Assembly: GCA_048772705.1 (NCBI GenBank)
Contig: JBLWGC010000109.1
Coordinates: 124,001-188,000, forward strand
Source: Leidyana gryllorum EB-2025a
Lineage: Eukaryota; Protista; Apicomplexa
Direction: 5' to 3'
Length of the DNA: 64,000 bases
The notes beneath the pieces were generated by a model that was not told the origin of the DNA, did not search any database, and saw nothing but the letters and a program-made list of their open reading frames with translations. This document shows positions 23,701 through 34,598 of this stretch, one piece after another. A program made the position numbers and the translations under genes. Positions within the stretch are counted from its first letter, which is position 1. Each line of letters begins with the position of its first letter.

Positions 23701-24779
23701 CCAATCGCACTCGCACTCGCGGTGGCGATAGCGCTGGCCACCGCAGTTGCAGTGACTGACGGGGCGGCTGAGGCGGTTTGTTGGGATCCCTTCTTGTCGA
23801 ATTGTCGGTTTCCCTTGGCACCGCTGGCTGCACCGAGTCCCGCCTTTCTTCGTGTGCGTGTGGAAGATACCTCGCTGGACTTGGAGGTTGGCCTCGGCAG
23901 ATGGCTGGAAGGTGCAGGTCCTCCGCCTCCTGTGCCCGATGTGTCCTCATACCGTCTCCGTGTTTGCGATGATCGTCGATCAACACTGCTGCGACGTGAG
24001 GAGGAGGCGGAGTGGTGGGCAGACGAGGGCCAATTTCGCCGGGAAGAGGGCGCTGGAGGGTCTGCTGCTGTAACACTGGAAGTCGTACTGGTCGACACTC
24101 CGAGCGATGGTGGGTTGCGACCAGTGGCTGTGGCTGTGGCAGTCGTCGTGGTCGAGGCAGTGACCGCCTTTCGCTTCTTGGGTATGCTGACGACTGTGTT
24201 GGCCGCGGCCACCGGAGTGGGGGCGGTGGCCGGAGTAGCAGTCGTCGGGGCCGCTGTAGCTGCGGGGGGGGGCTCCGCAGTGGACGGCGGTTTGGTGGTC
24301 ACAGTGGAAGGCGGCGGCAGCACAGGCGGCGCGGCGGCTGGTGGAGGCGACTCGACGGCCTCGCCCTCTTCCATTTCCTCTCCCTCCTCTGGTAGAGGCA
24401 GCGGTGTGGAGCGCGCGGAGTTTGAATTGGAGGAGTTTGCGGCTGAGGCCGTGATCAACGGCGGGGGAGGCGGTGGAGGCGGTGGCCGAAAGTCACATCG
24501 CAAGAGAGGAGACCGAGGAGGGGAAGAGCGAAACTCATCACGATAGCGCAGTTGATATTGAGGGTGGGCATAGTACTGAGCTGGGCCAATCAAAGGCGGT
24601 GGCTGCTGAGCCAAGGTACCGCCGGTACAGGTATCGTCCTCGTCATCCTCGAGCTCACCCTCTTCGCTACCACTTTTCCCCTGATCTGAGGGCAGCCGCC
24701 GCCTATTCGGCTTTTTGGCCCCACTGTGTGAAGAATCGCAAGAATCGCGACGAGATCGATTGCTTTCTGCCACATCCAT
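20704..24779 (-). CDS. Large Pro/Thr/Ser/Ala-rich disordered protein with several NLS-like motifs (multi-exon)
   Basis: 1146-aa ORF plausibly spliced to the acidic ORF 20704..21354. Motifs PKKRK, PPKRRR, KRRK, PAKKRR and repeated EEGE. First ATG (MDVAES) at 24779. Confidence 0.65.
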
Positions 24780-25399
24780 CCCTATCGCCACTTCATTCCG
24801 CTACACTCAAAAAAACGCGAACATATCACGCCACATCAACCATTCGCCGAGCTGTTCAAAGAAGAACACCGCTGCTCCCACGATAACGGTCCACGCAGAC
24901 CTCAAACTATCACCATCTCCCGCTCTCTCCCAATGAACTCCACTCCCCGCAACACCCCTCTCCCACGGCGCCGACGGAATCTTCGAAACCTCTCGCGACA
25001 CCAGCAGCGGGTCCCAACTCGCCGTTGCGAATAATGAACTCAGCAGCACTTCATCTATACGACCAGAACAACGCCCCCCCTCATCATCAGACACGCCGCC
25101 TCCCACTCGCTGCTCTTCTCTAATGAGCATTCTCGATGCGCGGATTTCTTTACACTTAAGAGGCAACGATTTCACCGCAGACCGCAAACCCCACTCACTA
25201 AGTTCCCATCACTACGGCGCCGCGCCGATCCTTCAAATATGTCGCCGCACGCCAAAAGAAATATCCCACACGAACAGCCTGAGTGAATCGCTGTATTGCC
25301 GATGGCGGAGGTACCCGCACTCTCTGTCTGCCCGGCTTCACCACCGCCCTTCCCCGGTGGAGGTCCAAAAAAAAGTGGGTCTGGAAGGGAGCGAGCACC

Positions 25400-27205
25400 A
25401 TGGCTGACGGCGTGTGTCAATACTACGTTCGCTCTCGGAATCGCAACTGCCGATTTGAGCTCGTCCCCGGTACCCAATGGTGTGCTATGCATCAACCGGA
25501 GACCTCTGCCACCTGTCGGCGAATCCCCTGTCCCATAGATGAGCGCCACAGCATCGCGGCCAACTTGATCCAGAAACACCTCTTGAAGTGCCCCAAAGTC
25601 CGAGAGGCCGCCTTGGAAGCTCTACGCCCCTTCTATAAAGAGGGCTGTAACGATCCCTCCTTTCGGCCAGAGTTCGACCAACCAGACCCCAACAAGCAGA
25701 TCACAGAGGAGTATATCAAACAACAAGCCCGCAACAAACCTCGCTTCTTCCACATGCGCGATACCAACGTCGTTCCGCGCAAACGCCGAGCCTCGCCCTT
25801 CGGTGGCGACCCCGATAAGATGATAGAGCACTGGAACTCCTCTCTGGACGCCGCGCTCGCCACAGCCAAAACAGCCGTCGACTGTCACCGGGACCTCACT
25901 TCATCTGCTGCCTTCGACCAGCTCATGAATGAACTCAAAGGCTGTCCCGAAAAGTGGAGCCGAGCCGTCGATCTGGCCAACAGGACGGCTCTGAACAAAC
26001 GAGGCATTACGGCGACTGCCGACTGGTCGACTAAAGAACTGGAAGAGGCACTGGGGAAGCACGAGATACAGGAGTTTGCGCTTTGGGCCACCTTCGACCT
26101 CAAGTTCGGTGCAGAACTCCTCAAGAAAGCGATCGTCATAGAGCTCGGGGCAGGCAGGGGAGGTCTGTGCCAGTGGTTCATACAGGCAGGTGACTCCCTG
26201 CCAGACGAATCCAAACCCCTATCCATTCTGGTCGAAAGGGAGAGTCGTCAAAACAAGAAAGAGGCACGAGACGCACAGTGAGTTGAAACTTTGACAACGC
26301 TCCACTGACACCACTGTCTTTCCTAACAGGTCCAACACTGACTTTGCTCTCAAAGAGAGATTGCTCCGTGTGAAAGTCGACTTGGCCCACTTTGACTGTG
26401 TTCGTTTGGTTCAATATTTGACCTCCACCGATGACGATCGCGACGAGCTCCTCAAAAACCAGTAAGCCTCCCCCATTGTGCCGCTTCGCCCACACTCTGA
26501 CCACTGAACAAACAGATACGAGCGTCCGCCTTGGATCATGCGGTTTCTTGAAGCCTGCAATTCGTGCCGATCGTGTGCGACAGAGGACGAAATTCGGACC
26601 AAACTTCTCCATCTGCGCTCAGAAGGTCAGGACCACAACGAGGAGCTCCGGCGTCGCCTTTCACAGACGGCTGTCCGAGATAAAGATGATGTGACTGTTA
26701 TAATTCTGACCAAACACTTGTGTGGGGGTGCGTCCGACTTGGCACTAAGGTAATCCACCCGTTTTCCCACCCCTTCAATTGGCTTTCTCTGCGTCCAGAT
26801 GCATAGACCGATTGCAAACAGCATTCCCGAATGCCCGTATCGCCGGTTTGCTAACGCCTTGCTGCTTTCACGGGTAAGCGAGACAGACAGACCACTGCCG
26901 CAGGGCACTGTTCGACTTTCCTATTTGGCAGATGTGATCCCTCCGTGACGGTCCATCACGAACAGCTGGAACAATGGTTCCCGAAGGGCACTTTTGACTC
27001 AGAAAAGGCATCTGCGTCGTGTGGGTGGTCTACAGGCGCGACGGGCGAGCGCAGAGAGATAGGGTTGAAGATGAAGCAGTTATACTTTCAGATCAGAAAC
27101 AATTGGTTGAAAGAGCGAGGGTACAAGACATCAGTGGAGTATTATATGCGTCAGGAAGTTAGTCCCGAAAATCGGTTACACCTTATTTCAAGAAACATAG
27201 AATAA
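25400..27205 (+). CDS. TRM13: tRNA:m4X 2'-O-methyltransferase TRM13 (multi-exon)
   Basis: N-terminal CCCH finger (CQYY..RNC...WCAMH), RIPCPID..H..KHLLKC finger, IELGAGRGGL, KHLCGGASDLALR, C-terminal VSPEN. Confidence 0.92.
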
Positions 27206-29148
27206 TGAGATTGATAGCTGATGTCTTGCTACATCTCGCCATTGCTCTAGCTACCCCCATAGTCCCTGTGGGTCATTTTCAAGAATTGCCACCCAGTCCC
27301 TTGTGTAATGGTACCCTTAACAATGTTCTGGAGTTGGGCTTAGGCCTGCAAGAGAACTTTCTGTCTACAGAGGGTATCAGTCTCACACTGAACCTCCTTC
27401 TCTCTCTGATCAATACCCTCCCGATCGGAGCGGATCTACTGCCTATGCTCGAAACTGTATTGGGAAGTCTTGACCTTCTGGTGGACGATGCGATCAGCAA
27501 TGCGACCGCAGCGACCGCGAGCAGCCCGACGGGTGCGCGCTTGGCTCTTCGGCGTCGTCTGGCGACGGATGTGGCGCCCGTCGAGAATTTGGGCTCCATC
27601 AAGTCTGATGGAGGCATGTCGGCCGCCCAGCAACACATGGAACAGCTGCAAAGTTTGATGGCCTCGAAAGACTTTGTCCCGCCACAGTGTCACCGAAACG
27701 GCACAGCACACGAAAAGGCACTAAGTTTGATCACAGATCCTGTGGCCGAGCGCCTGGCGGCCAACTCAACCGCCGATGCGGCTACGTGGTTGGCTTTTCT
27801 GAGCTCACCGTTACTGTTGACCATAGTGAATGGCTTTTTTAGTGGCGTTGCCATCAATGATGCGGGCACCGGTATCGTCATTCAATCGCCGATGCTGAAT
27901 CCGGGGACTGTACTTTGCCAAGGCTCAGCCTTGAGCACGCCTTTGTACAGTGAGGGAGTGTGCACGGTTCAAAGTGTACTCGGATGGATTACGGGATGCG
28001 CTGGGACTATGGAGATGACCTGTCCCCCGCCAGACACTCCTTCGGTGCCGATGAATACCTGCACCAAGTCGGGTCCGGTGGTTGACCCGCTTTCAGATGT
28101 CGTGGACTTTGACTGGAGCGATGCTGCAGAGTTTCGGACGGCGTACTGGTTATTCCGAGCGATCTTTGCCCTTTACTACGGCACATTGGAACGCTATCCC
28201 TGTGGAGTGCGCAACACGAACCCCCTCGAAATCCTGCCCGGGTGGAACACCATAGCTGAATTCGCTGTGAACGAACCTTCTGGAAACCTGAACTATGAGG
28301 TTCGAGAAGAGGTCAGCCCGGCAGCTCGCCTCTTAGAACACCGCTCGAGCCCCTGTGATCTCACGCTTGTGTTCCGCGGGACTACCAGTGACTACGAATG
28401 GCACAAGGACTTCCAAGCCGTCTCCATCCCTTTGCCAGGCAACGAACCGGAAGCTCTGATACACGCTGGCTTCTTAGAAATGACCACTGGCATGAGAGCC
28501 CCGCTGGAGGCGATACTGTCAGAAAAGATTGACAACTGTCCGCACCTCAACCTCACAATGACGGGACACAGTTTGGGAGGCGCGACCACAAATGTGCTCG
28601 CAGTGTCTCTCCTGTCTCACTGGGCCCAAGCCGGGTGGCAGGAACTCCCCAATGTGGATTTGAATGTCATAACCTTCGCCCCTCCACGATCCCTGAACGG
28701 CGCAGCTCGTACCCTTCTGCGACGTGCCACTCGGGTGCGGGCGTATACCTACGAACTGGACGTTGTGCCAGAGCTTCCTTGCGCCAATGCGGGTGGGAAC
28801 CCGCGCTGCGACTCTCGGACGAGCTATGCCAACTGGGTGGACGGGCTGGATTACTACGCCAATCATCTCAACGTCAGACGGGTAAGCAGCAAAAGGTCAG
28901 ATAGCAGCACAATTGATACGCGATCAAATGCTCAGATACCTCAAGCGGCCTTGACTGCTATCAATCCAGAGTTTGGGGACTCAACTTGGGGCGAAATCAT
29001 ACTCACCCCCCAAATTGACACCTCAAACATATCGTTACCAGCCCCCTTACGACTCCAAACCAACCACATATGTTCATACGCCTGCTACTTCTCAAGCCAG
29101 GGGTGTGTGGAAGACCCCACCCTCGGGTGGTATTGTTCTACTTGTTAG
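27205..29148 (+). CDS. Secreted class-3 (fungal-type) lipase, 647 aa, intronless
   Basis: Signal peptide, LVFRGT, IHAGF, TGHSLGG nucleophile elbow, TFAPPR, DVVP. Confidence 0.9.
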   Translation: MRLIADVLLHLAIALATPIVPVGHFQELPPSPLCNGTLNNVLELGLGLQENFLSTEGISLTLNLLLSLINTLPIGADLLPMLETVLGSLDLLVDDAISNATAATASSPTGARLALRRRLATDVAPVENLGSIKSDGGMSAAQQHMEQLQSLMASKDFVPPQCHRNGTAHEKALSLITDPVAERLAANSTADAATWLAFLSSPLLLTIVNGFFSGVAINDAGTGIVIQSPMLNPGTVLCQGSALSTPLYSEGVCTVQSVLGWITGCAGTMEMTCPPPDTPSVPMNTCTKSGPVVDPLSDVVDFDWSDAAEFRTAYWLFRAIFALYYGTLERYPCGVRNTNPLEILPGWNTIAEFAVNEPSGNLNYEVREEVSPAARLLEHRSSPCDLTLVFRGTTSDYEWHKDFQAVSIPLPGNEPEALIHAGFLEMTTGMRAPLEAILSEKIDNCPHLNLTMTGHSLGGATTNVLAVSLLSHWAQAGWQELPNVDLNVITFAPPRSLNGAARTLLRRATRVRAYTYELDVVPELPCANAGGNPRCDSRTSYANWVDGLDYYANHLNVRRVSSKRSDSSTIDTRSNAQIPQAALTAINPEFGDSTWGEIILTPQIDTSNISLPAPLRLQTNHICSYACYFSSQGCVEDPTLGWYCSTC

Positions 29149-29155
29149 TCAAAAA

Positions 29156-31432
29156 ATGTTGATGCACTACGTTGCTCTGGTCCTTCCAGCCCTGATATTA
29201 GTTGCCTTAGCCTTCTGGGTCGTTATTACTACCGAATCATCCTTCACTCCAGTCTTCAATGCGCGGGTTGAGCGTATTCAGTTGCATCTAGCGACCCCGC
29301 TCCGGCCGACCTTTTGTCATGTCAGCGATTTTCATGCACACGTTGAAGGCGACCAGAACGACCCCAGCGCGGTCACATGCCAACGAAATGGCAAGGAATG
29401 GTTCAAACTGAGCGCTGCCACCAGCTATCGTCACGCCCTGGATCTACACTGCCCCCACAACGCCTCCTTGCGCTTCTTCACGGGAGACCTCATGTCCGGG
29501 TCCGAGTACGACTCTTTGATCAACACCAACTACAGCGTCGCCTCTACTCTACTCGCATACTGGAACATGTCGGCCCTCACCTGGGGGAATCACGAATTTG
29601 TGGACGGATGGTCGAGACTCCGAGACATCCGCTTGAATCGAGTGCCACCCGTCACCACCAATCTGGTCCCTCTCCCCCCCCCACGGTCCAAAAACCTCTC
29701 ACCACCCAACAAAAACGACATTGGTGCTGAAATTATCGATCAGACATCCGGTGTACTCATCTTCCAAGTCTTCCATTCTATCGAACATGACGGTCAATCG
29801 ACCCATCAGCATCTTTACAATATTTGTGTATACGGATGGGTAATTCAAGATCTGTTTCAATTAGGAGATCCTGTTCCCGGATACTTCCAAGTAACCCAAT
29901 ATGCAACCGCCCTCGAAAGTGCTGTCTATGACACGTCAAACGAATGTATCGCACGCTGTTATGGATGTCAATACTACCCCTTGCGTGCCCTGCTCAGTCA
30001 CGCCGGATACGGCGCTGACTCTGACACTATCATAAACCAACTCCCCTCGCCTTTCGTCACACCAATCGTCCACTTTGTCCTGGGTGGCCACACCCACTCT
30101 CTCTCCAACCCCGATGGCTATCCCCAGCCTATTCCTGTCCAGAACAGCCCTGGCTCCCTCCCTGCTCTCTCCCATACCGGAGCTCACGGCGCCTGGCTGG
30201 GCGTCATCCAACCCATTCTGGTCGGTGCTGAAGACGGTGAATGGGACGTCGACCGATCAGCTTCCCGATTGGTGTCCATAAGAGACCTTCCAATGGCAGA
30301 GTCAACCGAGACGAAAGAACGTCTGTGCGACATGGATACAGCCCTTCTCGATCCGGCAAGAGAGAAGTTGCTAACTGAGGCGTCCAAGAAAACCGCCAAA
30401 ATCGTAACCAAGAACTTTCCCATAGATACACACACGGACAGCTACTCCTGCCGTGGAGGGCCTTGCCGCATGGCTGAATGGATTGCTGCATCAATGCTCA
30501 AAGAAACTGAAGATTGGTTGATGATGGAAGCGCCCAAACGAATCCGCCCTTCAGTCTCCCATAACAATTGCCTCACGGCTCACCTCCATAAACCCACAGA
30601 TAGCGACGAGGTGTGGAGCGCCGAAGAGGTTAGAGTGTCTCTAAGCGAACAACTGCGAAAGTCCAAGGCAAAAAGTCTTGATGCCAATGAAAAGCCGGTG
30701 GTGTTGGTCGCGGCGGAAGCTGCTGGAGACATCAGGTCTCGGTGGCCTCCTCCGTGTGACTCCCCCATAATGTACTTTGGCAACGGTTGTCAACCTCCGA
30801 ACGTCTTGACAGCCTTCGACATCGACCGAGCACTGCCCTTCAAATCGAAGCTTGAAATCGGAGAATTGTCTGAGCCTTCCGCCATCTGTCGAATCATTCT
30901 GCGCAGTTGCAGAATGCTTTGGCAAGCAGAGAATCTACGCATAGACCACAAGCGCAGATCGTCTGCCTATGTCCATTTCGCTGGCATCCATGTCCAGATT
31001 AACGAGGACTGGATGATTCGGTACGCCTCCGAGGACGAGAAACTTCCCAGTGACAAGTTGCACGCGGAGTCGGCCGCTACCCAGTATCGGAACGTGGAGG
31101 ATCCTGGTCAGGAGGTCGGTGCCTCAACCACCAGCGCCAAGTACCCACTGAAAGAATTCGGAACCAATGAACTCGCCCGACTGTGGATCGGCGAGCCCGG
31201 GGAAGACATGATCGAAGCCAGCTGCACAGGTACTCCGGGCGAAGATATTCAATATGCTGGCAAGGACCTGCGTCTCGTGGTTGTCGGCTCCGATTGGATC
31301 ATGAAAGGAGGAGACGGCCTGGTAGATGTACAGCGAGATCTGGGATGTCCTGTAATGGAATTAGGGGAAGGGCGAACCGTCAACGAAGCGGCCGTGAGAT
31401 GGCTGGATTCGGTCATTCTAAGCAACTCATAG
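29156..31432 (+). CDS. 5'-nucleotidase/apyrase-family metallophosphoesterase with N-terminal signal anchor, intronless
   Basis: HVSDFHAH, TGDLMSGS, WGNHEF, LSHAG, LGGHTH, C-terminal LPF and GGDG; hydrophobic segment after ATG 29156. Confidence 0.88.
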   Translation: MLMHYVALVLPALILVALAFWVVITTESSFTPVFNARVERIQLHLATPLRPTFCHVSDFHAHVEGDQNDPSAVTCQRNGKEWFKLSAATSYRHALDLHCPHNASLRFFTGDLMSGSEYDSLINTNYSVASTLLAYWNMSALTWGNHEFVDGWSRLRDIRLNRVPPVTTNLVPLPPPRSKNLSPPNKNDIGAEIIDQTSGVLIFQVFHSIEHDGQSTHQHLYNICVYGWVIQDLFQLGDPVPGYFQVTQYATALESAVYDTSNECIARCYGCQYYPLRALLSHAGYGADSDTIINQLPSPFVTPIVHFVLGGHTHSLSNPDGYPQPIPVQNSPGSLPALSHTGAHGAWLGVIQPILVGAEDGEWDVDRSASRLVSIRDLPMAESTETKERLCDMDTALLDPAREKLLTEASKKTAKIVTKNFPIDTHTDSYSCRGGPCRMAEWIAASMLKETEDWLMMEAPKRIRPSVSHNNCLTAHLHKPTDSDEVWSAEEVRVSLSEQLRKSKAKSLDANEKPVVLVAAEAAGDIRSRWPPPCDSPIMYFGNGCQPPNVLTAFDIDRALPFKSKLEIGELSEPSAICRIILRSCRMLWQAENLRIDHKRRSSAYVHFAGIHVQINEDWMIRYASEDEKLPSDKLHAESAATQYRNVEDPGQEVGASTTSAKYPLKEFGTNELARLWIGEPGEDMIEASCTGTPGEDIQYAGKDLRLVVVGSDWIMKGGDGLVDVQRDLGCPVMELGEGRTVNEAAVRWLDSVILSNS

Positions 31433-31449
31433 GGCACAACGAGAAAGCT

Positions 31450-33396
31450 TCATCGGCCGTCCTCATCTGCGTACCACACGGCACTAGTGGAAAAGGAGCG
31501 ATGACGAGGGCGAACTGAGCCGCCGCCGCCGCCTGCAGTAGGCGGTGCGGGCCATCCCGAAGGCACACTGTAACCCAGTTGTTGTTCTGCTAAGTCGGGA
31601 GCTGCAGCATAAGAGCTTTCGGGGGGATTGGTTGGCCCAGCAGTCGTCGTAACAGAAGTGACTGATGCCCATCCATGAGGGGCTGGGGTTAGGTCCTTCA
31701 ACAACTCCAATAAAACTCCAGCGATGCCACACAAATCACTCGGATTAATAGAAAGCCGATGATCTACCATACTCTACCCAAGGCCGAAATTGCGTCCAAC
31801 AGCGGAGTGTGTGTATGTACCCACCATTATATTAAACATCTTCCGTTCGAAGTCGGTTCGAGTGCCTCCATGAGATTTGCGAAGAGAAAGCTCACGTTGC
31901 TGCTCCTCTCGAGGCGTATGCGGTTGCATAGGTGACATATGGGGACGGCAAATTGCACAGCAGGTCTCCGGCTCTACAGAGCCGGTGGGAGAATTAACGC
32001 ACGGGACGAAGCTGAGATAATGGCTCGTGGCAGCTGCCATTCGACGCAACGTTAGGTTCCTATGCGTCTCGTGGAGTCGTCCTGTTGGTGGTGAGCAACT
32101 ACGGCGACAGACTTTAGCCGCAGATAGGACAGTGAAAGCGGAAGATAGGAACCGCCCCACTACGGTGGAAGATATAGGTTCCTGTTCATCCACCCAGCTG
32201 CAAAACGAGCATTGATGAGTCGATCATTGTATGTAGCCTTACGCTGAACCAATTATTAAACAGGTGCAGAACCTCTGTAGTATTTCCATGAGAGCTGAGC
32301 AGTCGCGTAGTAGAACGGCGTATTCGGGGGCCTCAACAGTGCTCTGCGTTGGTGAAGAAGACGAGAAATCATTGGCTAGAGAGGCTTTGCTCCGCTTCGA
32401 CATAGGGGAGGTGGTGGTGCGATTGTGGTGGAGAACTCGAAGGTCCAGTATTCGCGAGAAGAGGGAGGAACGCTTCCTGGCCGATTCAGACAAACTTGAT
32501 GAGCTCAGAGCCAGACCAGGACAGCAACAGCAGCCCAGTTGCGCGATACCGTTTTGCTTGTGACTTTTCAATTGTAGCCGATGCTGCAGAGATAACGCGG
32601 CGGCTAGAGACCAGAAGGAGGCTTCGAAAGGGACGGGAAGAGGGTCCCGGTGGGCGCCAGCATGGCGGCGGAACTCAAGTACCTGAAGATTGTGAACAAA
32701 GGCCATGACGATGGCCAAAGCCTGCACCAGAGTGAGGTGTCCACTGATCTCTTCCTTGGGAAGCCGGAAAGACAGCCAATCCATTTGAGCTGTTTGAGCT
32801 TGCAGTGCACTTGTAGGAAGGAAAGTTTGGCTCAAATTCGATGCTGGGCCGGCACATTCAGGGCAGAGCGCACGACTCAGCACATATACGGAGCTGGCCA
32901 AGAGTCGCAGGTCCGTAGGAGACTCGAAGTGATCATTGCATAACCAGAGGCAGGCCACATCCCCCAACAGGCCAGCAACAGGCGGGCGGATCGTGCTAGT
33001 TTTCAGCGCCAAACCGCGCGGACGATTCAACCTCCGAGGTGGCGGGGAACAGTCAAAAGGTCTCGGCGCGGTAGGCAAAGGCTCCGACTCGGCTTCGCCC
33101 ACAAACGTGAGTGGATCCACCACAGAAGTCGCTGCCACCGACTGACGCCACCAGCTGACGGCAGGGGAAGGTACGCCTTGTGCGTCGTCACAGGAAGAAG
33201 AATGAGAAGGGGCTTCCGGGAGCCATCGGTCGCCGTACTGGGGGGTCAGGTATCGCACGAGCTTCTCGGATAATTGAGCCCCGTAAAGCTGGGGGTCTGT
33301 CGCAGCAATTGGCCAAGCCGGGGCCAAACAATCGTCCTCCGCATCGTGTCGGTGTCCCCGAACCAAGGAGATGAGATACCCATCCGACATTCTCAA
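31450..33396 (-). CDS. Hypothetical protein (multi-exon)
   Basis: Three consecutive minus-strand ORFs (385, 139 and 106 aa) separated by intron-sized gaps; no recognisable domain. Confidence 0.5.
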
Positions 33397-33581
33397 GCGT
33401 TTGTCATACTGTGTGCAGGGGGTGCGACTAAAGCCAAAAACTGAGCCCTAGCCTTGCCTTGCCCAGCCTTAGTAAGCTCTTTCAATGTTTTCGCTCTTTG
33501 TGTTCATCAAGCGCACGCGTCGAACGAAATTGGATTACATAGCATTCACGGCCGGACGGGACTCTGTGTTGGAAAATCGTC

Positions 33582-34598
33582 ATGAAGTGCTTCCCCGCGT
33601 ATCTATTCTTCCTTCTGGGTGCTGATGGTCAGTCATTGATCCCTCGCGGTGCTTTATCTGCCCGTTCGATCGTCCTTGTACCCGACTCACGATCCAATAC
33701 CCCACCCACTCTGCACTTTGGCGAAATTACCGCTCACAGGTTCTCTGTGCAGGTTTCTAACGACGGAACGCTTCTCCTGACACATGGCGAAATCACACCA
33801 TACTTGGAATTTGATGCCACACACAATCGAACCAGTGTTCTGAGTGATATTCTTCGGGTCAACGGGTAGGACCGCATTGTGTACCCGTGCACTAAGGGAC
33901 TGCAGAACGCTGGAGTTGCAGGGGGAACTGAAAGTTCAGAATCACCCTCAATGGCGCTTAATACATGCTGAAGATTTCTCCACCAGCCCCATCGAAGGAT
34001 GGGACAACCCCCGGGCAGACCTTGTCACCCAATGTGCAGGGACAACTATGCTGGGAGGATATGGAAAGTTTGCTCAGGTGAGTCGTGGGTGCATGAAATA
34101 GTGCACGTGATGCTCAGGGTGAAATCGCTAAGACTTACACAGGTTTGGCCACACATTCCTACCTGAAAGTCAAAGCGGTCTTCCACTTCATTGATCAATG
34201 GAGGGGTGAAACCGGCTTCATGCGTCTGGACGTGGGACGAGATGGTACGATGCACCTACTACACAGTTGATTCAAATCCCTGTCTAAATGATATCAGGTA
34301 GTATGGTTCATGTCTGGACGGACCGACACAATGAATCAGGAGGGTCAGGCATCAATGTTTGTGGTGAGGGAGCAGGCGTGGCACCTCATATTTGGCTTTA
34401 GGAGCGGCGACACCGGAAAGCAAGTTCGCTGTGAGCATTGAAGTGGTCGTCCCACACACGGCCAGCTCTGTGCGGGTTGGTTTTGGATCCACCCTCGACA
34501 ACGGTGAGTTAATTAGCCGCCCAGACAGACGAAGCTTCGTAGATGACTCGACGGAAGCCTCTTGGGGGATATCAGACGTGAATCTCTATGTGAAATAA
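33582..34598 (+). CDS. Secreted alveolate-type protein resembling the Plasmodium crystalloid 'PH-domain' family (multi-exon)
   Basis: Signal peptide. Spliced exons give QWRLIHAEDF..GW..TQCAG..MLGGYG, FHFIDQWRGE, GINVCG, VPH..VGFGSTL, SWGISD. The family link is from recall. Confidence 0.6.

Noticed and set aside
21706-24886. Long antisense ORFs opposite low-complexity genes (also at 2.5-3.5 kb and 42-54 kb)
   Set aside because: These are shadow frames of biased-codon coding sequence.
28973-29155. N-terminal extension of the nucleotidase ORF overlapping the lipase
   Set aside because: It starts at a non-ATG codon; ATG 29156 directly precedes the signal anchor.
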